From a virus, in IMG/VR virus record IMGVR_UViG_3300022074_000013, positions 1 through 64,000 of that record: 64,000 bases of DNA; one strand, written 5' to 3'. Both the position numbers and the translations under genes were made by a program. Shown here in pieces: positions 1-8,941 of this stretch (the stretch's first letter is position 1; the number at the start of each line of letters is the position of its first letter). The notes under the pieces were generated by a model that saw only the letters and a program-made list of their open reading frames with translations, was not told the origin of the DNA and made no database searches.

Positions 1-501
1 ATCCTTAGCGGCAAGTATTCTTGTTTTCTGCTCTTCTCTTTCTTTTTCCGCTTGTTTGAGCGCTTCGGTTGCGTTGTTAAGAGCTTGACCTTGGAGACGT
101 GATTGTTTCTCTTTTAAAGCTGCAATCTCTATATCTTTTTTACCAAGGTCATTGTTTTTCTTTTCCGCAGTTGCTAATCTATCAGCACGTGCTTTCTGTG
201 CTTTAGCTAATTGTTCTTCTAACTGTTGGGTTGTTTCCGAAACTTTTTTAAATTCAGCAAAATCGATATTACCCAGTTGTCCTTCGCCAGACTTCAATCC
301 GTCTGCTACTTTAGTAAGGGTGTCTCTCATTTTTTGAGCTGCGAGTGCACCCTTAAAGGAATCTCTTGAAGAGTTTCTAAAGTTAGCTGCTGTTAGAGCA
401 ACCTCTTTATTACTATCCGCAAGAGAATCTACAACCTGTTTAAATGCTGGTTTAAGAGTCTTTGCGGCCTCTTCTAACTGTTTATCGATTTCGTTTGCCA
501 T
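1..501 (-). CDS. Putative tape measure / baseplate hub protein (gp29-like), N-terminal part, runs off window
   Basis: Own translation from ATG at 501 (MANEIDKQLEEAAKTLKPAFKQVVDSLADSNKEVALTAANFRNSSRDSFKG...) is open to position 1. It is helical, Ala/Lys/Glu/Gln-rich and lies downstream of gp26/gp51. Confidence 0.55.
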   Translation of the reverse strand, partial: MANEIDKQLEEAAKTLKPAFKQVVDSLADSNKEVALTAANFRNSSRDSFKGALAAQKMRDTLTKVADGLKSGEGQLGNIDFAEFKKVSETTQQLEEQLAKAQKARADRLATAEKKNNDLGKKDIEIAALKEKQSRLQGQALNNATEALKQAEKEREEQKTRILAAKD

Positions 502-505
502 TTAA

Positions 506-892
506 TTATTTCTTATTGTTATCAGAGTCATGTTCTTTAGCTGCACTGTTTACATATAGTCCAAACCATGCCGCCCCAGCACCAACTAAGATACTGATAA
601 GACCCGATTGTTCCATGGTAGGTGCTTCTAAATCTAGGAACCACATAACAACGTAGTAAATTAAGAATATGTAAACACTTAGAAATGCTCTAGGCCATAT
701 TCTCCATGAGTCAACTGCTTTAGCAGCGAAAATCCATTTCTGCCAAGGGTTTGCTCTATCGTTGTGGGTTAATTCAAAAATCTCTTGTTTAAGAGCATTG
801 TTTTCGGTGACCATTTCCATAAACTTACTTAAGTCTATTTCAACTTCATTACGACTCATGTCACCACTGAATTTTTCTCTATCTTCTGCCAT
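506..892 (-). CDS. Small membrane protein with two TM helices (holin-like candidate)
   Basis: Likely start is ATG 892, preceded by AAGGAG. N-terminal coiled coil, then two hydrophobic helices (RAFLSVYIFLIYYVVMWFL, GLISILVGAGAAWFGLYV). Confidence 0.55.
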   Translation of the reverse strand: MAEDREKFSGDMSRNEVEIDLSKFMEMVTENNALKQEIFELTHNDRANPWQKWIFAAKAVDSWRIWPRAFLSVYIFLIYYVVMWFLDLEAPTMEQSGLISILVGAGAAWFGLYVNSAAKEHDSDNNKK

Positions 893-893
893 G

Positions 894-1097
894 TTATCTC
901 CTTTGATTATATTTGGCTTGTTCATTCTTCTGCCGTTCCTGTTCTTCTTTTAGGAACTGCAATAACAGCATAATATAAATCTCCCTTTCCCATGGCATCA
1001 TATTTTCAAGTTCTTCCAAACTGTAGTTATGATGTTGCATCAACTGAAAGTTTGTATTGTAATAATTCAATACAGACTCATGCGAAAGGCATACTAA
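894..1097 (-). CDS. gp51: gp51-like baseplate hub assembly protein, probably made as a -1 frameshift extension of gp26
   Basis: Not in the ORF track. Reads LVCLSHESVLNYYNTNFQLMQHHNYSLEELENMMPWEREIYIMLLLQFLKEEQERQK..., the motif of T4-like gp51 homologues. No ATG precedes the conserved SHE..NYY block. Confidence 0.8.
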   Translation of the reverse strand, partial: LVCLSHESVLNYYNTNFQLMQHHNYSLEELENMMPWEREIYIMLLLQFLKEEQERQKNEQAKYNQRR

Positions 1098-1810
1098 AAA
1101 AAACTTTGTAGGCCCTCCAAGGTTCTACTTTGTTCTTTTCCACATGTGTTACATTTGTAACTCGCATCATAAAAAATCTTTGGCATATCATCAAAATATT
1201 CACCTAGTTTTTCAATCTGTGGGAAAGTTAAGTTATCCACAAATTCACTAAGTTCTTTCTTTGATACGTCATCTGCATCATATACAGATTCACTATCAAA
1301 TATTTCAGTGATACATGCCTTCAACATTTCAATAGGTTGTTGGTTGGAATCAATCTTTTGAACGTCTTCCATAAGATTCCAATCGGGATATCTTAACACA
1401 ACACCTAGTTCATCGGTAATCATAATTCTAGGTTCTACACCTTTTGGTTTACTACACTGTACTTCATCTAGATTTACAGTGACTTCACCACTGCCATTAC
1501 ACTCTGCTTCTTGACAAGTTAGATTAAGTTTAACTGTTTCACCTACTGATACTGCTCTAATTTTAATGAACAGATATTCAATGTCAAACATAGGAAGTTT
1601 TTCAACGTCCAACCATTCGTTTTCACTGAATGATGTTACTGCCTTAATCATTTGCTTTATAGAAGCAAGTGACCGACTTTGGTCTTCACCCTCTTTCGCA
1701 ATTACTAAAACCTTTTGTTCCTTAACAAGAAACGGTCTAAATGTTACTTCACGTCCGTCACTTGGCAAGGCGCACTTATAAGTAGGTGCACTTTGTATTG
1801 GTAATGCCAT
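1094..1810 (-). CDS. gp26: Baseplate hub assembly protein gp26-like
   Basis: MALP...FRPFLVKEQKVL, FDIEYLFIKIRAVSVGE, two CxxC-like pairs, ends LEGLQSFF. Confidence 0.88.
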   Translation of the reverse strand: MALPIQSAPTYKCALPSDGREVTFRPFLVKEQKVLVIAKEGEDQSRSLASIKQMIKAVTSFSENEWLDVEKLPMFDIEYLFIKIRAVSVGETVKLNLTCQEAECNGSGEVTVNLDEVQCSKPKGVEPRIMITDELGVVLRYPDWNLMEDVQKIDSNQQPIEMLKACITEIFDSESVYDADDVSKKELSEFVDNLTFPQIEKLGEYFDDMPKIFYDASYKCNTCGKEQSRTLEGLQSFF

Positions 1811-1835
1811 AATTTATTTCCTCAAATAATAAAAA

Positions 1836-2585
1836 TTAACCGCCACTACCGAATACATTGTTAACCTTACCAAGGTTAGTATCCAGTGAAGTCAGTTTTC
1901 CAAGAAGTTTATCACCTTTGCCACCAAATCTAGAAGCGACTGATAGTCCTTCCATGACAGCATTAAGTGCTCTCCTTCCTTTATTTAGTCCTGATAGTTC
2001 AGGTGGTTGAGTATATTCTACTTCCCACCCTCGATATGCAATGGTGCACCCAAACTTCAATATACTATCAGGAGAGTTTGAGTCTAATGCCATTGCATCA
2101 AAAGCTTTTGGATAACATTCATATAACTTATATTTCAATGCAGAGTTACCGTCAATCCTGTATTGTGTTATATCAACTTGTCCTATGTAATCATTGTAGT
2201 ATGCAAAGGTAGGTTGTAATTGACTACCTTCACCAGCAGTGTATACTAAAGACTGCCATGCTTCGATTATTAATCTGTCAGCGAATGTTTGGTCGCAGAA
2301 AAAAGAGAACGTAGTTTCACCACCGTCATTTACTGCGTGAGGCATTTGTCTCTTTTGTCCATATTCTGACCATGGAGTTGATTCAATTGTTCTGCCTGGC
2401 AATGAAGCAGAGTCACAACGTAACCCCTCTAAAGATAATCCCTGCGGGCCAAAAAAGTCTGCTTGGAATCTATTTGTTCTTGCACCTGTATCAAAGTTTG
2501 CTTTGAACTTATCGATTGCAGTTCCTTTGTCGTTCCCACTTAAAAAGTTGGAAACACCTTGTTTTACTAAATCTCTTAATGCCAT
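1836..2585 (-). CDS. gp54: Baseplate-tail tube initiator (gp54/gp19-like fold)
   Basis: ARTNRF, CDSASLPGRTI, YYNDYIG, LYECYPK are tube-fold motifs; synteny agrees. Confidence 0.75.
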   Translation of the reverse strand: MALRDLVKQGVSNFLSGNDKGTAIDKFKANFDTGARTNRFQADFFGPQGLSLEGLRCDSASLPGRTIESTPWSEYGQKRQMPHAVNDGGETTFSFFCDQTFADRLIIEAWQSLVYTAGEGSQLQPTFAYYNDYIGQVDITQYRIDGNSALKYKLYECYPKAFDAMALDSNSPDSILKFGCTIAYRGWEVEYTQPPELSGLNKGRRALNAVMEGLSVASRFGGKGDKLLGKLTSLDTNLGKVNNVFGSGG

Positions 2586-3136
2586 TAAATTCTTCCTAGT
2601 GATTCTGAATATACTGTGTTTGCATTCACGTTAAATTTCGTTGTTGGTAACATGGATATTAAATCATAATACTGAGAGTCTACTTTCTTTATGTAACTCT
2701 TAAAGAATCCATATTGATATTGTTTTACACATGGTTTTGCCCACCTTAGTTTTCCGACTGACTTCACCAATTTATAATTGATATCAAATACACCGTCTGA
2801 AGCATACTCATACATAGCGTCCAGTAATCTAATTCTATATCTTGGTGCTAAGTAATGTAGGTTCAAACCCATGAAACCTGTTTTATATCTCTTAATAGGA
2901 ATGCATAAAGGAAAGTAGTCCCAATATGGGAGTTTGTCCTGTGTCTTTGCGTCATAAAAGAACATATACATTTGCCCTAGTTGAAGCGCTCCCTCAGTAT
3001 CAAATTCGTCCATTAAGGAAGTAGACCGCACTCTTATTTGTCTTAAATTGTTACGGAACCAGTTCATGGATTCGATACTTCTTGCTCTTAGTTCAGCAGG
3101 TTTCTCGTTTTGTAAATCGTCCAATAGTTGTCCCAT
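2585..3136 (-). CDS. gp2: DNA end protector protein
   Basis: GQMYMFFYDAKTQDKLPYWDYFPL, GLNLHYL..YR, KPCVKQY. Confidence 0.9.
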   Translation of the reverse strand: MGQLLDDLQNEKPAELRARSIESMNWFRNNLRQIRVRSTSLMDEFDTEGALQLGQMYMFFYDAKTQDKLPYWDYFPLCIPIKRYKTGFMGLNLHYLAPRYRIRLLDAMYEYASDGVFDINYKLVKSVGKLRWAKPCVKQYQYGFFKSYIKKVDSQYYDLISMLPTTKFNVNANTVYSESLGRI

Positions 3137-3152
3137 ACAACTATTTATGCAT

Positions 3153-3587
3153 TTAAGTCAAATGGTCTTCCGTTAATATCCTAAATTTTAATCTTCTTTC
3201 TTTGCAGTATAATTCAGCTGCTTTGAACTTTGCCTGATTGACTGCATATGTCTGTGCTTCCATAAGATATCTTTTGGAAACTCTATGTTCAGGTTTCTTT
3301 GGCGGTTTAAGTTGTTTTTTTGGTTTGACTTCTATGATTTCCCGTACAGTTTGTCCCGAAGCATTCACATACTTAATGTAAAAGTCGGGAAAGTATCTGT
3401 GAGGTCTTCTATCAAGAGGTGATATGTAAGGAATGACTACTTCTTCCGAACCCCATTCAATGATATTAGGGTTTGAATCAGCGTAGACCATGAATCTTCT
3501 TTCCCATAAAGACCTATAAAAGATTTTTGTAGGGTTTCCTTTGTATTTTTTATAGTTCTTCGGTTTAAACTTGCCACTGTAAGACAT
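3153..3587 (-). CDS. gp4: Head completion nuclease (TnsA-like)
   Basis: MSYSGKFKPKNYKKYKGNPTKIFYRSLWE, WGSEE, HRYFPDF, IEVKP; likely start is MSYSGK. Confidence 0.92.
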   Translation of the reverse strand: MSYSGKFKPKNYKKYKGNPTKIFYRSLWERRFMVYADSNPNIIEWGSEEVVIPYISPLDRRPHRYFPDFYIKYVNASGQTVREIIEVKPKKQLKPPKKPEHRVSKRYLMEAQTYAVNQAKFKAAELYCKERRLKFRILTEDHLT

Positions 3588-3629
3588 AAATAGATATATT
3601 ACCAATTAATTATTAAGACGAAGGTATTT

Positions 3630-4721
3630 ATGGCAATAGGCAAATTATTAGACAAAGTCAACCAAGCAAAGTCCGCTGTAGAATCTGTAAAAGGTATCAA
3701 GACCAAACTTAAGAACTTAGACAAGACAACTGTTCTTGACCAGTTAGGAGAACAAGCAGAAGAAGCTAAAAGAACTTTAGAGAAGAGACGGTCTTCTTTA
3801 GAGAAAAATCTTGATGCAAGAAATAAAGGTAAGTCAATTGCAAAATCGACACCTTCAACTGCAGATATAGATTTAATTTATCCACTGTATGACCAACTAG
3901 ACAACTACATTCTTTTTCAAACTAGGGCACGTGAAGCAAGAGACGGAAAGAATGGGGAAAACCTACTATCGAAAAAGAATCTAGAAATAGCATTGTATGT
4001 TAAACCCGAACATTTAGCAAGTAACTTTACTGTTAACTATAAGACTCAAGGATTCGGTGCTGGTATTCGTGGTCTTGCAGATATGTTTGACGGTGGAGAA
4101 TCAGGAAACTTTTTTGGTGACGGGGGTGACCTAGAACAGTTCGGTGCAGAAGTCAAAAATGTAGCAGGAGCTGCTATAAACAAACTTATGAATTCTGCCA
4201 CAGGAGATTTCATGAACATGAATGCTGGACGAGCAGTTAATCCAATGGAAGAACAATTGTTGGAAGGCATTGGATTCCGTTCTTTCTCATTCCAATATGA
4301 ATTCTATCCACGTTCAGAAGAAGAAGCAGATATGGTACAACAGATTATGTACTATTTCAGAACTGCAATGTTACCTGATACATATGGTAGTGCAGAGACA
4401 ACAGAAAACGAAAACTTCTTTAACTATCCAAACGTGTTTGACGTATCATTTGATGGCCCAATCAAAAAAAGACTAGACGGATTTATGCCTATGGTTTGTA
4501 CTGGTTGCGATATCCAACACGGAGATACAGAATTAGGATTCTTTGAAAACGGACAACCAACAAAGTCTGCTATGAAGTTAGACTTTACAGAAATCAAAAT
4601 TGTTACTCAAGAGAACTTCCAAAAGATTTCTCCAATTGGTCAAGGCACAGGAGATGGGGGTCAACCTATTACTGGTACTGACTACAGTATTCGTGATAGA
4701 CAGACAAGGGGTGACGGATAA
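3630..4721 (+). CDS. gp48: Baseplate tail tube cap
   Basis: NPMEEQLLEGIGFRSFSFQYEFYPRSEEEA, FNYPNVF, LDFTE; divergent from gp4 as in T4-like phages. Confidence 0.85.
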   Translation: MAIGKLLDKVNQAKSAVESVKGIKTKLKNLDKTTVLDQLGEQAEEAKRTLEKRRSSLEKNLDARNKGKSIAKSTPSTADIDLIYPLYDQLDNYILFQTRAREARDGKNGENLLSKKNLEIALYVKPEHLASNFTVNYKTQGFGAGIRGLADMFDGGESGNFFGDGGDLEQFGAEVKNVAGAAINKLMNSATGDFMNMNAGRAVNPMEEQLLEGIGFRSFSFQYEFYPRSEEEADMVQQIMYYFRTAMLPDTYGSAETTENENFFNYPNVFDVSFDGPIKKRLDGFMPMVCTGCDIQHGDTELGFFENGQPTKSAMKLDFTEIKIVTQENFQKISPIGQGTGDGGQPITGTDYSIRDRQTRGDG

Positions 4722-5455
4722 TGGCAAACGAACTATTTAAGAATTTTCCCGAAGTAAGATACACACTTAGTAATGGAAAGATTGTTACAATCAAAGACTT
4801 CTTTCGTAAAGCAAAGTTAGAAGGCACACAACTTAATCAAGTAATCGATTACACAGTCTATGAACTACAAGAAGGTGAAAGACCTGATATAGTTGCAAGT
4901 AAACTATATGGTAATGGTGATTTACACTGGACATTATTCCTTGCAAATGACATTACTAATTACTACGATTGGCATATGGATACTTCTACATTTGAAAATT
5001 ATATGAAATCTACATATCCTGGCCAATTTTTAGTTGCGTCTACGAGTACGGACATAGTATCTTCTACTTCTAAATTTTTAATTGGTGAAGACATAACTCA
5101 AGGAACACGTAAAGGTAAAATTTTAAAAGTTGACCCAACTTACAATAGAATTTTAGTAGAAACAACAAACGGCCAAAAATTTGTGGCCAACCAAGCGGTT
5201 ACGGGTGCGAGTAGCACTAAGGTATTTACACCTAGCAGTGTAGCAAACGGAGTAGACGGTGTTGCATATTACTATGACCCTGATGCAATCGACAAAGAAT
5301 TTAGATACAATAATAATAGTACAGGAACCTATCAACCAAGAACGTATTACGAAAAAGAATACGAAGACAACGAAGCGAGAAGAAAGATAAAAGTTATCAA
5401 ACCTGAGTTCATACGAAGAGTGGTATCTGAGTTTGAACGTGTAATGAGTGTATAA
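4721..5455 (+). CDS. gp53: Baseplate wedge subunit
   Basis: FKNFPEVRY, GERPDIVASKLYGNGDLHWTLFLANDI (LysM-like), YEDNEARRKIKVIKPE. Confidence 0.9.
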   Translation: MANELFKNFPEVRYTLSNGKIVTIKDFFRKAKLEGTQLNQVIDYTVYELQEGERPDIVASKLYGNGDLHWTLFLANDITNYYDWHMDTSTFENYMKSTYPGQFLVASTSTDIVSSTSKFLIGEDITQGTRKGKILKVDPTYNRILVETTNGQKFVANQAVTGASSTKVFTPSSVANGVDGVAYYYDPDAIDKEFRYNNNSTGTYQPRTYYEKEYEDNEARRKIKVIKPEFIRRVVSEFERVMSV

Positions 5456-6936
5456 TGTCTGAAAAGAAAAACATGCAGGGTGGTGTATTCACCATTGACG
5501 CAATTAATCTAGTAAACCAAGAAGGCGAGTCTGTAGACATACAGGGTCTTGTTTTATCTTTTCGTCTTTACGAAAGTATTTACAATAAGTTTGTTACAGG
5601 TGATATTAGTATTATAGACGGTCTTGACCTGTTAAAGAATTTTAAGATTACAGGTGACGAATATATACGTATTGCAGTCAAACAAATTGAAGGTATGGGA
5701 GAAGAAGCTCCCAAAGAGTTTACCGTAGACAGAGATTTAAAAGTCTACAAAATAACTGCAGTTAACAGAGTAGACCAATCAACCCAATCCTATGTTTTAA
5801 AGGTATGTGACCCACGCATGTTTACTGCTAGAAATACTAGAGTGTCTAGAGTCATGCGTGGTTCATATGATAAAATGTTGCAGAATGTTTTAATCAATGA
5901 AGGACATATGGAAACAGAAGAGTTTGTTCATTGGGAAGATACTAAACCTGAAAATCAACAAATGGTTGTACCTAACTGGACTATCGATAAGTTTATAGAC
6001 TTTACAGTTAACAATGCAGATAAAGGACTAGAAGAAAAAGCAGTATACAAAAATGGTATGTTCTTTTATCAAACACTAAACGGTGGTTTTACTTTTAAAT
6101 CAATCGATTCAATGTTTCAAGAAGAGTTTCCCCTTACATTCTCATATGGTTCAAGACAAGCAGATACAGAAACTGCAGACGTAGACGCAAATGCTGACGG
6201 TGGTGTTAATACTATTATTGAAGATATACAAATACCACAAAGAGCAGATACATTAAGAGGAATGGTTGGTGGTGCATATGCGTCAACACAAATAACATAT
6301 GACCCGATAAGAAAAGTAGACGAAGTAGACCTGTATTCTATAAATGACTTGTTTGAAAGGAATGCAGAAAACCATTTATCAGGGTTTCCGTTAATTAGAA
6401 CGGGTGGTCAAAATGAAGTATTTGAAAAAGTCTTTACAACAGAAAATGTAACGGACGCAAAAGTTTCTCCGCCAGTTACAGAAAAAGACGTTGACGCAAA
6501 TCTAGGTTACAAGTATGATTCGTTGAAAATTTATGATACTAAAATGGTGCATTCTTTTGACAATGCAGATAAGTTAGATACCGAAGAATCATTTAAAGGT
6601 TGGTCTGCTAAAGTCGATGCTGGTAAATTAGAACGTAGGGCAATGTTAGAGATTCTACAACAAAACAGAATCATAATCACAATACCTATGAGAACAGATT
6701 TAAATGTAGGTACAATTATTAAATTAGATATACCACCACCGCAATCTTCAACAGGTGGTGTAGATATCTCAGATAAAATGAACGACAATAGATATTTGAT
6801 TACAGACATATGTATTAATGGTATCCCTGCTGATAAGGTAGGGAAATGTTTTGTCGAGTGCGTGAAAGAAAGTTATGCTAAGAAGATTGCAGACTATACA
6901 CCATTAGATAATACAGCAGCTCCGAGGGAAGTATGA
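5455..6936 (+). CDS. Baseplate hub protein (gp27-like)
   Basis: LYESIYNKFVTGDISIIDG, FFYQTLNGGFTFKSIDSM, GTIIKLDIP, RYLITDI; sits between gp53 and gp5. Confidence 0.65.
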   Translation: MSEKKNMQGGVFTIDAINLVNQEGESVDIQGLVLSFRLYESIYNKFVTGDISIIDGLDLLKNFKITGDEYIRIAVKQIEGMGEEAPKEFTVDRDLKVYKITAVNRVDQSTQSYVLKVCDPRMFTARNTRVSRVMRGSYDKMLQNVLINEGHMETEEFVHWEDTKPENQQMVVPNWTIDKFIDFTVNNADKGLEEKAVYKNGMFFYQTLNGGFTFKSIDSMFQEEFPLTFSYGSRQADTETADVDANADGGVNTIIEDIQIPQRADTLRGMVGGAYASTQITYDPIRKVDEVDLYSINDLFERNAENHLSGFPLIRTGGQNEVFEKVFTTENVTDAKVSPPVTEKDVDANLGYKYDSLKIYDTKMVHSFDNADKLDTEESFKGWSAKVDAGKLERRAMLEILQQNRIIITIPMRTDLNVGTIIKLDIPPPQSSTGGVDISDKMNDNRYLITDICINGIPADKVGKCFVECVKESYAKKIADYTPLDNTAAPREV

Positions 6937-7172
6937 TAATTAGATTTCTAAAAGCACTTAAAAATTGGGTAGACCCAAACCATTGGGCAAACAAAATAGG
7001 TGAAAAGAGTGGTGCATATGATAAGGCACGAAACAGTAAACTCAGACAATGGGTAGACAGTTTGGAAGGTTGGCAATGGTGGGCATGGCAATTAGGCCCA
7101 TGTCTATTAGTATTCATATTATTAGAGTTGGGTTTAAATCAACTTGGTATGACAATGTTACCTTGGAGATAA
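6933..7172 (+). CDS. Small Trp-rich membrane protein
   Basis: 79 aa, overlaps the upstream stop (ATGA coupling), C-terminal hydrophobic helix. Confidence 0.6.
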   Translation: MIIRFLKALKNWVDPNHWANKIGEKSGAYDKARNSKLRQWVDSLEGWQWWAWQLGPCLLVFILLELGLNQLGMTMLPWR

Positions 7173-7173
7173 A

Positions 7174-8484
7174 ATGAAATTTTGGTACGGGATAGTAGAA
7201 GACAGACAAGACCCATTAAAGATTGGCCGTGTGCGTGTGCGTGTACACGGAGTACATACTCATATCAAAGACCAAATCTCAACACCTGATTTACCATGGG
7301 CGCAAGTATTACTTCCAACAACAGAAGCAGGACTCTCAGGATTCGGAAAAGGTAACGGTCTCGTAGAAGGGTCTACGGTATTCGGTTTTTGGAGAGACGA
7401 AAACTATATGCAAGACCCAGTGGTTCTTGGTGTAGCAGCTGGAATGCCTGCACAGGGTTCTCGTATTACAATCAAAGACGAATTGATACAAAGAAAGATT
7501 GAAGACGGATTCAATGACCCAAGACGATTAACAATAGCAGACTATGCTGAGACGCCAGACGGTGAAACACCTACACACGATAGGACTAGAAGTTTTGGAT
7601 TGACTACTGCATTAGATACCGCACCAAAACACGTCAAGTCTCTCACGCTGAACTATGACGGAACAGGTTCAACAATAGAAGAAGTAGAACTTACCAAAGA
7701 TGATTTACCTTACTATCCAAGATACTATGACGCTTCAGATTTAAATGATAACACAACAGGTATCGCAACATATACACATAGAAGTTTTACAAAAGTTGTA
7801 GACGATAAAGTTGAGAATCTAAAACACATAAACACAAAAGAAATCTTTACAGACAATACAAAGAAAAGAGTAGTAGACGAGGAATGGGCATTCCCAGTAT
7901 CACCTGCTAAACCAGTATATCCATATAACAAATCCATGACTACAGAGTCAGGACATATCGTTGAGATAGACGATACTCTTGGTGTAGAAAGAATGGCAAT
8001 CGAACATAGAAGTGGAACGTTCCATGAGATACACCCTGATGGTTCAGAGGTAACTAGAATTGTAAATGATAATTATACTGTAGTTGCAAAAGACAATAAA
8101 CTAATTGTCGGTGGTAACGTAGACGTGTCTGTCGAAAAGGGTAATGTTAGAATCGCAGTAGCGACAGGTAATGCAGATATCTACGTAGCAGGACATACAG
8201 ATTTAATGGTAGACGGAAACGTAAATGCAAGTATAGGCGGAACACTAAATGCAGACGTGGTTGGTAATACAACATTCACTTCACCCGAAACACTTATGAC
8301 TACAAATTTAACAGTTGACGGTACAGTACATGTTACTAAAACAACACATTCAGTTGGTGACGTATCAACAGACGCTGGAAACGCACCGACTCTTGCGACT
8401 CATGTACACAAATCAACTTCTAAAGATACAGGTGTTGGTGCTAATGCTGGTGTTCAAACAGATACCACAATTCCTGATGCATAA
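7174..8484 (+). CDS. gp5: Baseplate central spike gp5 (OB fold + beta-helix, no lysozyme domain)
   Basis: WYGIVEDRQDPLKIGRVRVRVHG..DLPWA, YPYNKSMTTESGHIVEIDDT..ER..HRSGTFHEIHPDG, C-terminal THVH. Confidence 0.9.
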   Translation: MKFWYGIVEDRQDPLKIGRVRVRVHGVHTHIKDQISTPDLPWAQVLLPTTEAGLSGFGKGNGLVEGSTVFGFWRDENYMQDPVVLGVAAGMPAQGSRITIKDELIQRKIEDGFNDPRRLTIADYAETPDGETPTHDRTRSFGLTTALDTAPKHVKSLTLNYDGTGSTIEEVELTKDDLPYYPRYYDASDLNDNTTGIATYTHRSFTKVVDDKVENLKHINTKEIFTDNTKKRVVDEEWAFPVSPAKPVYPYNKSMTTESGHIVEIDDTLGVERMAIEHRSGTFHEIHPDGSEVTRIVNDNYTVVAKDNKLIVGGNVDVSVEKGNVRIAVATGNADIYVAGHTDLMVDGNVNASIGGTLNADVVGNTTFTSPETLMTTNLTVDGTVHVTKTTHSVGDVSTDAGNAPTLATHVHKSTSKDTGVGANAGVQTDTTIPDA

Positions 8485-8498
8485 ATTTAGAGAGGTTG

Positions 8499-8506
8499 TA
8501 TAAATA
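8499..8506 (+). promoter_or_regulatory. T4-type late promoter (gp25)
   Basis: TATAAATA, intergenic. Confidence 0.85.
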
Positions 8507-8511
8507 GAAGT

Positions 8512-8931
8512 ATGGCAGACTTAAAATCACAGGGACAAAACGTTGCGGAAACAAAACTATACGCAGATATAGATTTTAGGTTTAGACCACACCCGATTAC
8601 GGGTGACGTTACCATTAAATATGATACAGACGCTATTAAACGTGCAGTTAGAAATATAGTTCTAACTAATTTTTATGAGAGACCCTTCAAACCAAGTTTG
8701 GGGTCTTCTTTGAGGAATCAACTTTTTGAAATGACCACGGATAGGAAAGTAAGAAGACTTGCAGTCAGAGTTCAAAAGATTATCGAAGACTTTGAACCAA
8801 GAGTTGAGAATGTAAAGGTTCAATTCGGCGAAGTATCAGATAGAAATGAATTGGACGTTACTATTTTCTACAACATAAAGAACAACTCCCAAGGACAGGA
8901 ACTAGATTTCACTGTTAGCAGGGCGAGATAG
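8512..8931 (+). CDS. gp25: Baseplate wedge subunit
   Basis: YADIDFRF..HP, AIKRAVRNIVLTNFYERPFKPSLGS, FEPRV. Confidence 0.93.
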   Translation: MADLKSQGQNVAETKLYADIDFRFRPHPITGDVTIKYDTDAIKRAVRNIVLTNFYERPFKPSLGSSLRNQLFEMTTDRKVRRLAVRVQKIIEDFEPRVENVKVQFGEVSDRNELDVTIFYNIKNNSQGQELDFTVSRAR

Positions 8932-8941
8932 AGGACACTAA

